From: Penicillus capitatus
Taxonomy: Eukaryota; Plantae; Chlorophyta
Length of the DNA: 64,000 bases
Assembly (NCBI GenBank): GCA_965649825.1
Contig: OZ287695.1
Location: forward strand, 186,001 to 250,000
Direction: 5' to 3'
Position numbers and translations under genes: made by a program. This document shows, in pieces, positions 23,884 through 34,924 of this stretch. Below the pieces are notes generated by a model that saw nothing but the letters and a program-made list of their open reading frames with translations, did not search any database and was not told the DNA's origin. Each line of letters begins with the position of its first letter. Position 1 is the stretch's first letter.

Positions 23884-26800
23884 ATGCAAGTTCGAGCTCC
23901 AGACGAAGGGCCCAGTAGTGGAGGGCCTTCCGCACCGACAGTTGGCGACGGCGGTCAATCCATGACCCCGCAAGCGGCTGCTGCGGAACGTCAAGACCCA
24001 AAGGTCCTGCGTGCTGTCGCGAAGAAGTACGCCATCGACAGCACAAAAACGCTTGTCGAGGCCTACAACGCGGCGACGGATAACGAACGCGCCGTCTTGC
24101 TTGGATGGTTGCTCAGATACGACAGACGCAACAAAGAATGTCTGAGCGGCGAATCTGTTCTCGACTATGCAGAATTGGCCAGAATTACGCCCAGTTCCAT
24201 ACGAGATAAAGGCGTCCTGAAGAACTTGGTCTGTTCGCTCTGTTCGTGTGTTCATCCGGGAAAATTTCTCGAAGAGAACGTGGCAGCTGCCCTTTTCAAA
24301 GCGCTTGTACACGTCGATCCTTCCGTATCCGGCGGAGTTGCGCAGCTATTAGTCATGGCAAGGAAGCTCTTGAGCAGCCTCTCTCCAGAACCGAGGCTCA
24401 CAAGAGACAACTTTGCAGAGCATGAAGCGACATTTCTTGCTCTCCTTCAGACTCTTTTGCTGCTTTCAGAAATCAGTCAGAACGGCGTCTACGAAAAAGA
24501 GAAGCAAGAACTTCGTCAAGCCGTTGTTGAAAAAGAGAGAGCGATGGAGCTCTCATGCAAGTACTACCCAGTGAGTTTCCATTTCAAGACTCTGCGACAA
24601 GCAGTGGAACGCCTCGGAACCAAAGATACGTCTTCGCGTCATGCACATGCAATGCAAAATGTCGGTTGCGTATTGTGCGGATTTCTGTATCTTTTTCACT
24701 GTGTCGGAAATCTAGCAAGATGCGACATCGATCCTGAGGCTCTTCAAGATGCGTACATAAAGGCTCGAGTTGCCATTGCCAACATAGCGGTCTGGAGGAA
24801 ACCGTGGTTTGACACGTTCAAGAACTTGATGATAGCTAGACAAGAGGCATCAAAGGACGAGATAAAGCTTGAACTTTTTGAAACCAATTTCAGTGCTGCA
24901 ATTGAGCTCCAAGAGAATACGAAAGATAAAGAAGACTCAAAGGCGTTGAGATACGGAATCGTTCGAGAGTTGGGCACACTCGCAATTGATGGTCTGTCAG
25001 AAAACGCCCGAAACGCAGCCACGAAGAAGCTGGTGGATCTAGCAACACAGCAGATTGTCGACGAAGGATGGACTAGTGATAGCCATGTTCTAATCGCTCT
25101 CTTGGATGTCATGTGTGAGTTGCATGGTATCGACCAACACAACGAAGACGTCAAGAATGCGCTCCTCGTCTTACACCAGTTTTGCGAGGGTTCTGCCAAG
25201 AAAGCATCAGAGGAATGGATGGACGGAAACAGTATCGAAAACAAGCTTCAAGAACGAAACCCGCAAAGAGCTGCCGTAGAACACGAGAATTTGTGCATCA
25301 AGATCGGAAGAGACGTGGGGTACATTCCTCTCGCTATCATGAACTCGAAGGGAGGAGAGTTGAAGAAAAGATACATGCGCGAAGATTTCGCGAAAGTAAT
25401 ACACAAGAAAGCACATACTAGTCGACGAAGGTGCCTTGTTTTGTAGGTGACGTCCTTGTTCGAAGAAGGATCCTCCAAGCACGTCAAGGATATGAAGCAT
25501 CATGTTGTCATATCTGAAGAAATCATTGAAGAGAGAAGAATCGAAACAAAGGAAGGAACAGAGAGAAGGTCCTCAAACCGTAGAAAGGATCAAGCAGACG
25601 AATACTACGAAAAGAAAACAAGAGTCACAAAACCCATTGCTCTGGACGACCTGTTTAAGCGAAGATCTCTCAAACCCGGAGATCCGGAAAGCGAAGTTCG
25701 AAGGGTGCTTCTCTACGGTAACCCCGGCTCCGGTAAGACGTGCATCACGAAAGTCGTCGCGCACAAATGGGCCTTGGGGGAAACGGCACAGGTCTTCAAA
25801 GCAGTTTACGTGGTGCCGGTGAGAGTTCTCAATGGTGCTGAGTTCGGAGGACAAAGATTCACAAGACTTGAAGGGGTAATCTTGCAAACATGCTTCGGCG
25901 GGGGTCAGCTTGCCTTTGAGTACGATGACCTGATATCCCAAGTCGAAGATGACCTGGATGATCCTTCAACGCTGCTCATGCTTGACGGACTGGACGAGGC
26001 AAATGACCACGCGAGAGAACTGATTTCCACCGTATGGAAGCGCTCATGCAAAGTTCTGTTGCTGTCTCGTCCGTACAACATGAGAAACGTAGAGACACGC
26101 GTCGACATCCAAGTTGAGTGTCTCGGATTCAACGACGAGCAATTACGAGACTACATAACAAGCGAACTGTCCGAGGACGAGGCTCCGAAACTCATTCACT
26201 CTCTCGAAAACGCAACAGCCATGTGGGAGATGGCACACATACCGGTGACGGCACACATTCTGTGTTCCTTGTCGAAGGAACGCGGTGGCGCGATCGCAGA
26301 AGAAGGGAAAAGAGTGAGCACGTTTTAAATTTACAACGACATGGCGAACTACGTCTGGAAAAGATTCGAAAATAGGCCAATGGCAAACAACTTACAGAAA
26401 AGGGAACTCTTTAGAGATCTGGAGAAGATCGCCTTCGAATCGCTTCGGAAAGGACTGATTCTCATCCACGAAAGATTTGTCATGCAACACGCAACGTCGA
26501 AGAATGCGGCTCGGACTTTCAAAGAGAGTGGACTCCTCTTGCTCGTGTTGGAGGGCCAAGAATATCAGTTTCCTCATTTGACCTTTCACGAATATTTCGC
26601 CGGAAGATACATCGCGAGAATCTTGAAGCAAAGTAGATTGGACGAGAAGACGAGAGTGCTCGATTTCATTCGCCGGGGAAAGTACGATGAGAAGCATAAC
26701 CTCACGCTGACGTTCGCAATGCATGCATTCGCGGAAGGTCGAAGCAAGCAAGCGTTAGAAGAGTTGCTTTCGATAATGGACGAAAAACCCGTCGAGGTCC

Positions 26801-28164
26801 TCGGCATACGACACATTTTTCTCAGAATGCGAGTTCTTGAGGCTACGTTAGAAGAGGCAGAAGCGGAGGAGGAGATAGAGGTTATAGCAAAAGACGAACA
26901 GGCAATCGAGATCGCCGAAAAAGCTCGTCAAATACTTGAGAGCACAATCGACCATGTTCTAATCCGCGAAATTATGGTCAAGGAGATCCAACAACTGCCC
27001 TGCATTCTGAAAGAATTCTCTAAACTTCTCGATGAGACCGTTAACGGAATAATGTACATGCTCGCATGTTCGCAACACTTAGAATGGAAGGAAATGGCGA
27101 AGATCACGGATATTTTGAAGCTCGCGAAGCACTCTCCGAAGCACAGTCATAAAGTGATCAGATTCATCTTGCAACTAGCCAAACACGTCGATAGTTGGTG
27201 CGACAAAGACGAATGCATCAGAAGGTTCAAGTGGGTCGCAGCATATGTGTCACATAACGCCGAAAAACTTTTGCCGACGATAACAAAAGGGTGTGGCGAC
27301 GAAAACCAGCGCGTGAATGAAGCAGCGAAAGAAGCCATCCCTCAAATTGTCGCGGCGGCTCCGCATTTCGCCAAACAACTTTTGCCGGAAATGACGAAGA
27401 AGTGCGACGACGAAGACTGGTTTGTGTGTGTAGCAGCGATAGAAGTCATCGGCCGAATTGTCGCGGCGGCTCCGCATTTCGCCAAAGAACTTTTGCCGGT
27501 GATGGTGAAGAAGTGCGAGGACGAAGACGAGTTCTTGCGTCTTTTAGCGATAGAAGCCATCGGCCAAATTGTCGCGGAGGCTCCGCATTTCACCAAAGAA
27601 CTCTTGCCGGTGATGACGAAGAAGTGCGACGACGATCACAACAGCGTGCGTGCGACGGCGATGGAAGTCGTCGACAAGATTGTCGCGGCGTCTCCGCATT
27701 TCGCAAAAGAACTCTTTCCGGTGATGATAAAGAGGTGCGACGACGAAGACTGGAGCATACGTGAAGCAGCGATAGAAGCCATCGGCCAAATTGTCGCGGT
27801 GGATCCGCAGCACGCCGGAGAGCTCATGCCGACGATGGCTACGGGGTGCGACGACGAAGACGACGAGGTGCGCTATGCCGCAAGAAGGGCACTTGAGCGT
27901 GTAAGCGCCGAAGAAGCCATTTCTTCGGTAATATCGTCTCCTTCTAATAACAAGGGCGGGTTTTTATTCTTCTTCGTGCAAAACTCATTCACGTTAGATC
28001 CCCCTGCAAAATCTAAAACGGTTCCCTTTATCTTGCACACAACTTCTTCACAAACGATTGGAAAATGGGACAAGGAAGCTATCGATGTGTTTATCGAGAA
28101 GTTGAGACAAGAATGCGATGAAGAGTTTCCCGGGCTTCTAGAGAACATTGGTATCAAAGAATAG
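23884..28164 (+). CDS. NLR-like STAND protein: helical N-terminal domain, NACHT NTPase and HEAT repeats; interrupted by an in-frame TAA at 26326-26328
   Basis: Walker A is GNPGSGKT and Walker B is LLMLDGLDE, followed by LLLSRP, IPVTAHILC and QFPHLTFHEYFAG. It has six 37-aa HEAT repeats and one 51-nt intron (25396-25446). Confidence 0.88.
27226..27891 (+). repeat. Six tandem 111-nt HEAT repeats
   Basis: The consensus is IGQIVAAAPHFAKELLPVMxKKCDDEDxxVRxxAIEA, with a DNA-level period of 111 nt (e.g. 27343 vs 27454). Confidence 0.92.
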
Positions 28165-29141
28165 GTTAGAAGCACATGTTATTTTGTGCGTTCACGGGTG
28201 TCTCTCGCGAACGATTCTACATGTCGCTTATTTTAGTCACTTTGTCAGAGTCTTCTATGATAGAAGCAGCAGTTGCCTATTCTCTCCATGCCAAGGTGTT
28301 GAAGAAGCATAAAACATCTATTCCACTTACCTCTCTCTATATCTGTCTTCAAGTTGAAATGGACGTTATGCTTGAAGTGTCGTATCATGGGCTCGATGTT
28401 CTTTCAAAAGTCCGGACGTTTAAAGAACCGCTCATTGTTTTAGACGAAATAAAGTTTCGAAAGCATAATTCTTGAATCTGTCTGTTTAGGTTGCGCTTTG
28501 CTCGGCCAGATGGAAAACGTATTCTTCTTTGACGAGTGTGCGAATTTCTACAGATTCGTGTCTTCGCACAAACTGTCATTTGCTCTGCATGTTCACGAAA
28601 ACCATTAAGGATTATCGATTGTGGGGATTAGCCGCATGTTGCGCACAGTTTGAAAGATCGAGTCACGCCGCGTTCGCGTCGTCTCGCGATCGAATTCTAT
28701 TCGAACGCTAACGGAATCCGACGTGACGTGTCGATGAGCCACAGAGAATAGATCGTCGAAAAGATTTGGTTTGCATCACTTGAACAGACCGAACGAAGTT
28801 CACTTATTCAATCTACGTTTCGTGTTCATTCGCGGCTTACAGGAACGAACGGGCTCTGCACGTCAAGGAACCTACCCGACCTGAGCAGGTTTGCGCGCAC
28901 AAGTTTGAACATAGTCGGTCTTATGTGGACATACGCCTCTGTTTGCCTTTTCGTCAGCAGAGGGTATCTGAACACGCACACTTCCGTTTCTACGCCACAT
29001 TCGCGGCTTCGGATCTGCGACGGTTCTCGCCTGAAAAGCCCCTGCTCCGAGCTGCCTTTCTGAAGTCACCCGCCCTGCGACAGTCCGAAGGTCACCATTG
29101 GCATCCTTCCAAAGGACTGCTGAGCGCATGACGTGTATAGA

Positions 29142-30506
29142 ATGGGAGGCAGATTGGCGAGCGTGATTCTCTTGATCCTCTCACTCTTCTGGCGCCCAGC
29201 ATTCAGTGACACAGGTATCTGTATGGCAGATAGCGTTTTCTGGCTAACAATATGTCTCCCTTACAGGGTCTGCCGGGAAATCGGACGGGCCGGACCAGTA
29301 TGCGAACATTCGCAGAGTAAGATGGCCGTGTTCTGCGGATTCTGCATGCTGAGGTATATCTTGTCTGCATGGACAGGGAGTGACTGTCAGCGGAGAACGC
29401 TTTCCGTACGTGTGCTACGTGTCCGTCACCAAACGAACCTTCAGTCCTCCTGTTTCTTCGGGGCATTACTGTGCTGGAGTGCTGTACCGCAGAAAATGGG
29501 TGATCACCGTGGCGCACTGCGTCTACGAGGTCGATGGAATCGTCGTCAAGCCCACACCGACTGTCTACTGCGGCTTCAACGACCGTTACAGAAAGTACAC
29601 AGCCCAAGTGAGCACTGATACGCGTGGAAGCGGACTGAGGTCGGCGGTTCTTGGTGGCAGTCTGCCAATGCGAAGAGAACACATCTGCACGATTCTTGGA
29701 CGGGAGACAGGCTTGACGGCTACGACATTGCCGTGGTCGAGCTGGAGAAAGAGATAGATCTCGACGGGCCCGAGGTCGCCGAACGGGACGTCGAGTTCAA
29801 CGACGATCAGAAGTTCGCGACGGTTGCATGGGGAAGAGTCTCGGACACCAAGAGGGCTCGCTATCTGCAGATGGCCGACAATCTCGTCTACGTCTCGCCG
29901 GAAGAGTGCAGAGAGCACTACGACGATCTCTCCACAGAGTCGCCTTGGATGTGCGCAAAATCGGCAGATCAGGAGCAGGACAGCTGTCGCGGTCGAACAC
30001 GCAGATCCGATTCCTTGTGCGGATGCAAACCCCCGCGTTGGTCGTTGCAGGTGACTGTGGAGGTCCACTGCTGATTCCTCACATGCCAGGGGGCGTCATC
30101 AAAGCGGGAGATCCGAAACGTGACTGGGTCGTCGGCATCAAAACCTACGGGATCATAGAATGCGACGGGAAGAATCCGGACGTCTACACCAGAATCGCTC
30201 CCTTTTGGGGCTGGATTTCGGGCATCATCGAAAAGGTGACGCATCTGACCCTCCAAATGACTCCGCGCTCGATGCCGTTCTTTCATGCAGGATGAATCTT
30301 CTGCGAAGGAGAGGCATGGAACGTCAGGACGTGAGGACGCACTTCCGCAGACTGTCGAAGACGGCGTGTTCTTCACTGTAAGTCGCCGGCAAGATGAGTG
30401 AGCTGTTTATACAAGAGGCGCGTGTGGTTAGGAAACAGTCAAGTCCGCGGAGAGAGATGATGGAACGAGATCGGATGTGGTTCGTGCGGACGGTTCGCAT
30501 TTCTAG
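29142..30506 (+). CDS. Secreted trypsin-fold protein T2 with catalytic Ser replaced by Cys (GDCGGP)
   Basis: The signal peptide is MGGRLASVILLILSLFWRPAFS, with TVAHC, DGYDIAVVEL and spliced QDSCRG-DCGGP (TGT at 30056-30058). A short acidic tail ends at TAG 30504-30506. Confidence 0.88.
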
Positions 30507-32264
30507 GACACTGGTCAGCATGGCGCAAAGAGGATCGCTTAGATCACACAGGCTGCCATGCTTTAGTATGATCTCTACTGACTGCTTCCGGGCGACAGTA
30601 GACTATTCAATGAGTCGTCTTTTCTGTTTTGGATTCGCTTCAATGGCTGTGAGAGTGACCATCGGAGTTGCGGTGTCAGCCTCTGTTTTTCAAGAAGGGA
30701 TTCTCAGTATCGTCTGAGTGCTGTATTGGTGGTTTTTCAGACGAACGATTTTATTATTTGTTCGCTCTATCTGATAACAGAGGTTCTAATGTCTTCCCTC
30801 AGCATTGAGAACATTGGCCAGGCGATGCCGATCAAATCCGTTTGAGACCCAGACGGGAGAGATCGAATGCGACAATACATGCCAATCATTACCGACTATG
30901 AATGGAAGGGTAGGAGATAAAGTCAAGAGCGCTACAGTCGACGTGCTTGCCGCTCTATGAGTCATGTCGTGGTCGCCAACAATGTAAGCGATTGGAGCAC
31001 TTCTTCGTTGTTTCTGGCCGAACAACTTTAATCACTTCGGTACACTGTTGTGGCGATCATAGGCAGTCGCGAAGATGTGACATAAGGCGATATGACGGCT
31101 GTCACTCCTTCACAGCGGACATCATGTAACAAAGGTGGGAAGGCGCTCTATAAGAGAAAGTTTTGCCAGGAGCAGTTAATTTAAAGTTCATGGTGCGAAA
31201 CAAAAAACAGATCTATTTGTAATTACCCGGAAGAGTGTAGCCTTTTGCAGTTTCAACTGTGGTTCGCTTATGAATGCAATTCGTGTCTGGTATTGTTGCT
31301 CCAAGCATGTTTTTTGTGAAAAAATATTAAGGCGTTAGCGGGGATGTTTCGATACGATAACGGGACGCGGCGAGTTTTCGGATACAAAAATGTTACGTGA
31401 CGGATGCTGCAGAGCCACTTGAGCCGGAGCTTCGGTCAGAAGAAGTCTAGAGCACAAAGGATCACGTAGGTACGGAGTAAAACCAACGGCAGAACCAATT
31501 GAGCTTCTCTGGTTATTCATCATTTCTTAGAGAAATTCCGCTCGAGGCTGTGGAAGGTTTCCTGGTATAATCCCGTCGCGATAACTTAAAGATCCTTCAG
31601 TCGTTAACGAAGAAAACGATGTTGCTCTAAAAGAGCATCGAACACGCGAATTCAGACTATTTGTAATATACTGAGATAGGTGATTTGATCATAGCTACCG
31701 CAAAAACCGTAACCATCCCATTTTCTGTCGTGCGGAGAAGCGTGTTCCTTTTGCAAATACGAGCGGAGAAACTTTGAATCTGACGGGATACAAATTCGTG
31801 AAAGCTGCATTTCGATAACAAGAACTTACCAACGACAGAAACTCTGTTTCCCTAACGCCACCCGATATTCGAACGAAGTTCCTCGTTCCTTAACACCAAA
31901 GGCGGATCGCAATCGTAAGCGTATGATGCTGACACAGTATCGACAGAATGAAACCATTTATCTCGTTTAGTTTTGTGACGCTAGTTTAAAAATTGCCCGG
32001 AATTGTTTCTGCGAGCCACTTGATCGTGGAGAAATCGGACATACAAACTCAGACGCACTTCTCTGAGAGAATTTGCTATTACCAGCCTTTGCACCTTCCA
32101 CACCAGTCCGACGCGCACGCTTCGTTCGGTGCCTTGTCGACAAAAACGCATTCGACCGGATGCACCGTTTGGAAGGTCGCGGTTCCACGTCGATACTTTA
32201 AAGAAAGCCCAAAGCCTAACCAACGTCTGCACGGCGTTATCTGAAGCTCACGAAGGTCACTGCG

Positions 32265-33509
32265 ATGTCTCACAGAATGCGAAGGACACTAGCAAGAGCG
32301 ACGCTGGTGATCTTTACAGTCTTACGGTTCACGATCCTCGCAAGCGCAGTTCAGCGTAAGATCTCACTCAGTGGACGGCAAAGACAACGCTTCGTGCAGG
32401 AATGGAAACTGTTTCTGAGTCGACGGACCAGATCCCGAACATAGGCGGCGTAAAGCGACCGACGATAGACGAACCCCTGCGGTTACGATATGTATTGTGT
32501 GTTGCGCAGGGCGACGATGCGCCGCCGAACCGTTTTCCTTACGTGTGCTATCTGTCCATTGCGAGAGAGACTCCAGATGATCCCGCATCCGATCCCAAGA
32601 GAACATACTGCACCGGAATTCTGTTTCTGAAGGAATGGGCGATCACGGCGGCGCACTGCGTCGATATGGAGACAGATGAAAAGCCGGTCGGGAGAACCCC
32701 CACAGTCTGGTGTAACTTGCCCGAACGCAGTAAACGGCACGAGATACAAGTTAGGATTCATGGGCTGGAGTGGAGCGCATCGACCTGCGGCATTCTGTCT
32801 GCAGGGTGTGAGCACAGCAGCCATATACTTACACGAAAAATGGAGTGGGGATAGCCACGATGGCTATGACATCGCCGTGCTGAAGCTCGATGAGGCTTTC
32901 GATCTTCCAGTGCCCACTTTTGTTCACGAGACTCGCCATTTCGACGAGAGGCGAGAGTTTACTGCCGTCGGCTGGGGACGGGACTCGAACGACAGAAAGC
33001 CATCGCGCCTGCAGATGGCAAATAGCTTGAGGTATCTGTCGAACGATGTGTGTGGCAAACGACTCCATTTCGAAGACAGTCTCCCCATCATCTGCGAGCA
33101 ATCGCCACATCATGCTCAGGACAGCTGCAAAGGTTGTTTACTCCATGAGCGTGTCTTCATCGAGAGAAGCGTTTCGCTGTTTTGGCAGGGGACTCTGGAA
33201 GTCCATTGCTCATTCCTGATAAGGCAAAAGGAAGAATGAGCTTAGGAAACCCAGAACACGATGTCATCGTTGGCATTAAGTCGTTTGGAAAGAAGAGCTG
33301 CGACGGCAAAGGTCCAGATGCTTATGCAAGCGTCGGTCCTGTTTGGGATTGGATTATAGATACCGTCCACGAGGTTCGACATTCGATGATCCTTCATGAC
33401 ACTGTCCTCTCATTGCGATGCCTTGGTTCAGAAACAAACTCCCGCAAGGACGAACGGGGAGAGTTTTCCACCAGAGGACAGCGAAGACCTTACCAGAGTC
33501 CGAAAGTAG
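32265..33509 (+). CDS. Secreted trypsin-like serine protease T3
   Basis: A hydrophobic N-terminus is followed by PNIGGG, RFPYVC, TAAHC, DGYDIAVLKL and QDSCKG-DSGSP. Intron positions are shared with the paralogues. Confidence 0.88.
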
Positions 33510-34924
33510 AACACTCTTCATCTTACGATGCAAACAAGAAGAAGAGTGAGACTTGAAGAGAAGCCTGGTCCAGGGGTGATTTACTCCAGGGGGGTTAAAG
33601 TCAATGATGTGAGAAGGGACAAAGCAGCAGTGTTTGTAAACAACTTGCACAGCCGTTGAGCTGACGACCAGAATCGGGACAACAGAGACGTCTTTGGCAT
33701 CCGACCCATGACGTGATAGTGACGCAGAATTCGCTGGTTTCGATGTGCAAAGCGAGGAAGGATATCAAGCGCGGAAGGTTGGGAAGCACAACGTGCTATC
33801 GATTACCGACCACAAAACTGAAGATAAGCCTTTCAGTGGGCATATGCAGTTAGTTGACACTCCGTTGACTTCCTGTTATTCATATCGCATAGCCATAAGA
33901 CCATTTGATTGAAATAAACTCTCAGTGTGTCGATGGACCCTCAGGTCATGACCGTTTCTCAGCGAATCGGGGCTCGTCCTCCATGAAAGAGATCGCCGCA
34001 GATAGACGATGTGCCAATTCCTGTGGACAGACAGCTGAAGCAGAAGAATCTACACGTCCAGGAGCGAGGCGACAACTCTTTCCATCCTATCAAGACGAAG
34101 GGCGACTGCCCAAACGTTAACTCCGATAGCGCGAGAGGATGACACCGAAAAGCGTTCGAAAGTGCTACTTCTCGTGACAGCTCGGCAATCGATTAGCGCT
34201 CGTGTATCCGACGAGACAGATAATCATAGTTTTAGAGTTTCATTGCGTGTTATGCTTTCAATGTGTTTCGTACAGAGGAACACGCTTGCATCACTCGAAA
34301 GGATAGAAGAGAAAAGGGCCGACCAACACAACTTGTCACCACCGCTTACTCGCTCTTTCTGTCGAAACAAGTTGTACCAGCTTACGTCACGCAGTAGACA
34401 GACTAAAAAACAGTGTTTTTCTTTCCGCGCACTTAACAGCAGTAATGGACGCCGACTTTCAAAACTCCAACTCTTAACATCGCTGAGCGCGACTTCCGTT
34501 TTGCCGTCTCTTGCGCGGTAGCTTTTGGAGCTGCCATCTTTCCCGTAAGGAGCTTATCGTGTGCTCCTGTCCATTTCTCATCGACTCCAAATTATTAAGC
34601 CCAGGGATGACACATCAATTTGACAGGACGCCGATTCGTGGAGTCTATCTCTCTCACACCGACATTCGACTCATTCAGAAACACAATAGAAAGTTACTCG
34701 AAATCTACTGCGATGCGGAACCTACGAGCTGTGCGAAATAAATACATAAAAGCGATTTGATTTCGCAAGTGCACACGCAGTTCGTTATTTCTTGACTGCT
34801 TTAAACGCCAACGATTTCAACGCTCACTCTTTTGTTTTAAACGCTTAACGGCACACTCTACGCGACCGCCGGTCCTCCGCAAGGAAACCTTTGTTTCGAA
34901 ACGTCTTACACAAAAGAAAACGAA

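Larger units (their letters stand above)
27800..33730 (+). repeat. Segmental duplication, copy A (NACHT-HEAT 3' end, T2, T3)
   Basis: It is collinear with 42301-47830, with an offset of about 14.98 kb over T2/T5 and 14.1 kb over T3/T6. The T2-T3 spacer is not shared. Confidence 0.88.

Noticed and set aside
22977-25446. A spliced protease-NACHT fusion gene
   Set aside because: The upstream protease sequence has in-frame stops and a frameshift and lacks the catalytic Ser exon. No frame-preserving junction into the NACHT ORF was found.
26326-26328. TAA/TAG read as Gln (non-canonical code of some ulvophytes) to explain the in-frame stop in the NACHT gene
   Set aside because: Other genes end at TAA/TAG right after conserved C-termini (PI4K, HSD, PET100). 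Long exons such as the 1402-aa kinase ORF contain no in-frame TAA/TAG, so the code is standard.
31000-32250. AT-rich spacer present in copy A but not copy B as a transposon
   Set aside because: I found no terminal repeats, target-site duplication or coding remnants by eye.
29142-33509. T2 or T3 splicing onward into the ankyrin array of T4
   Set aside because: Each has its own terminal exon with a stop, and T4 has its own start, hydrophobic leader and complete protease domain.
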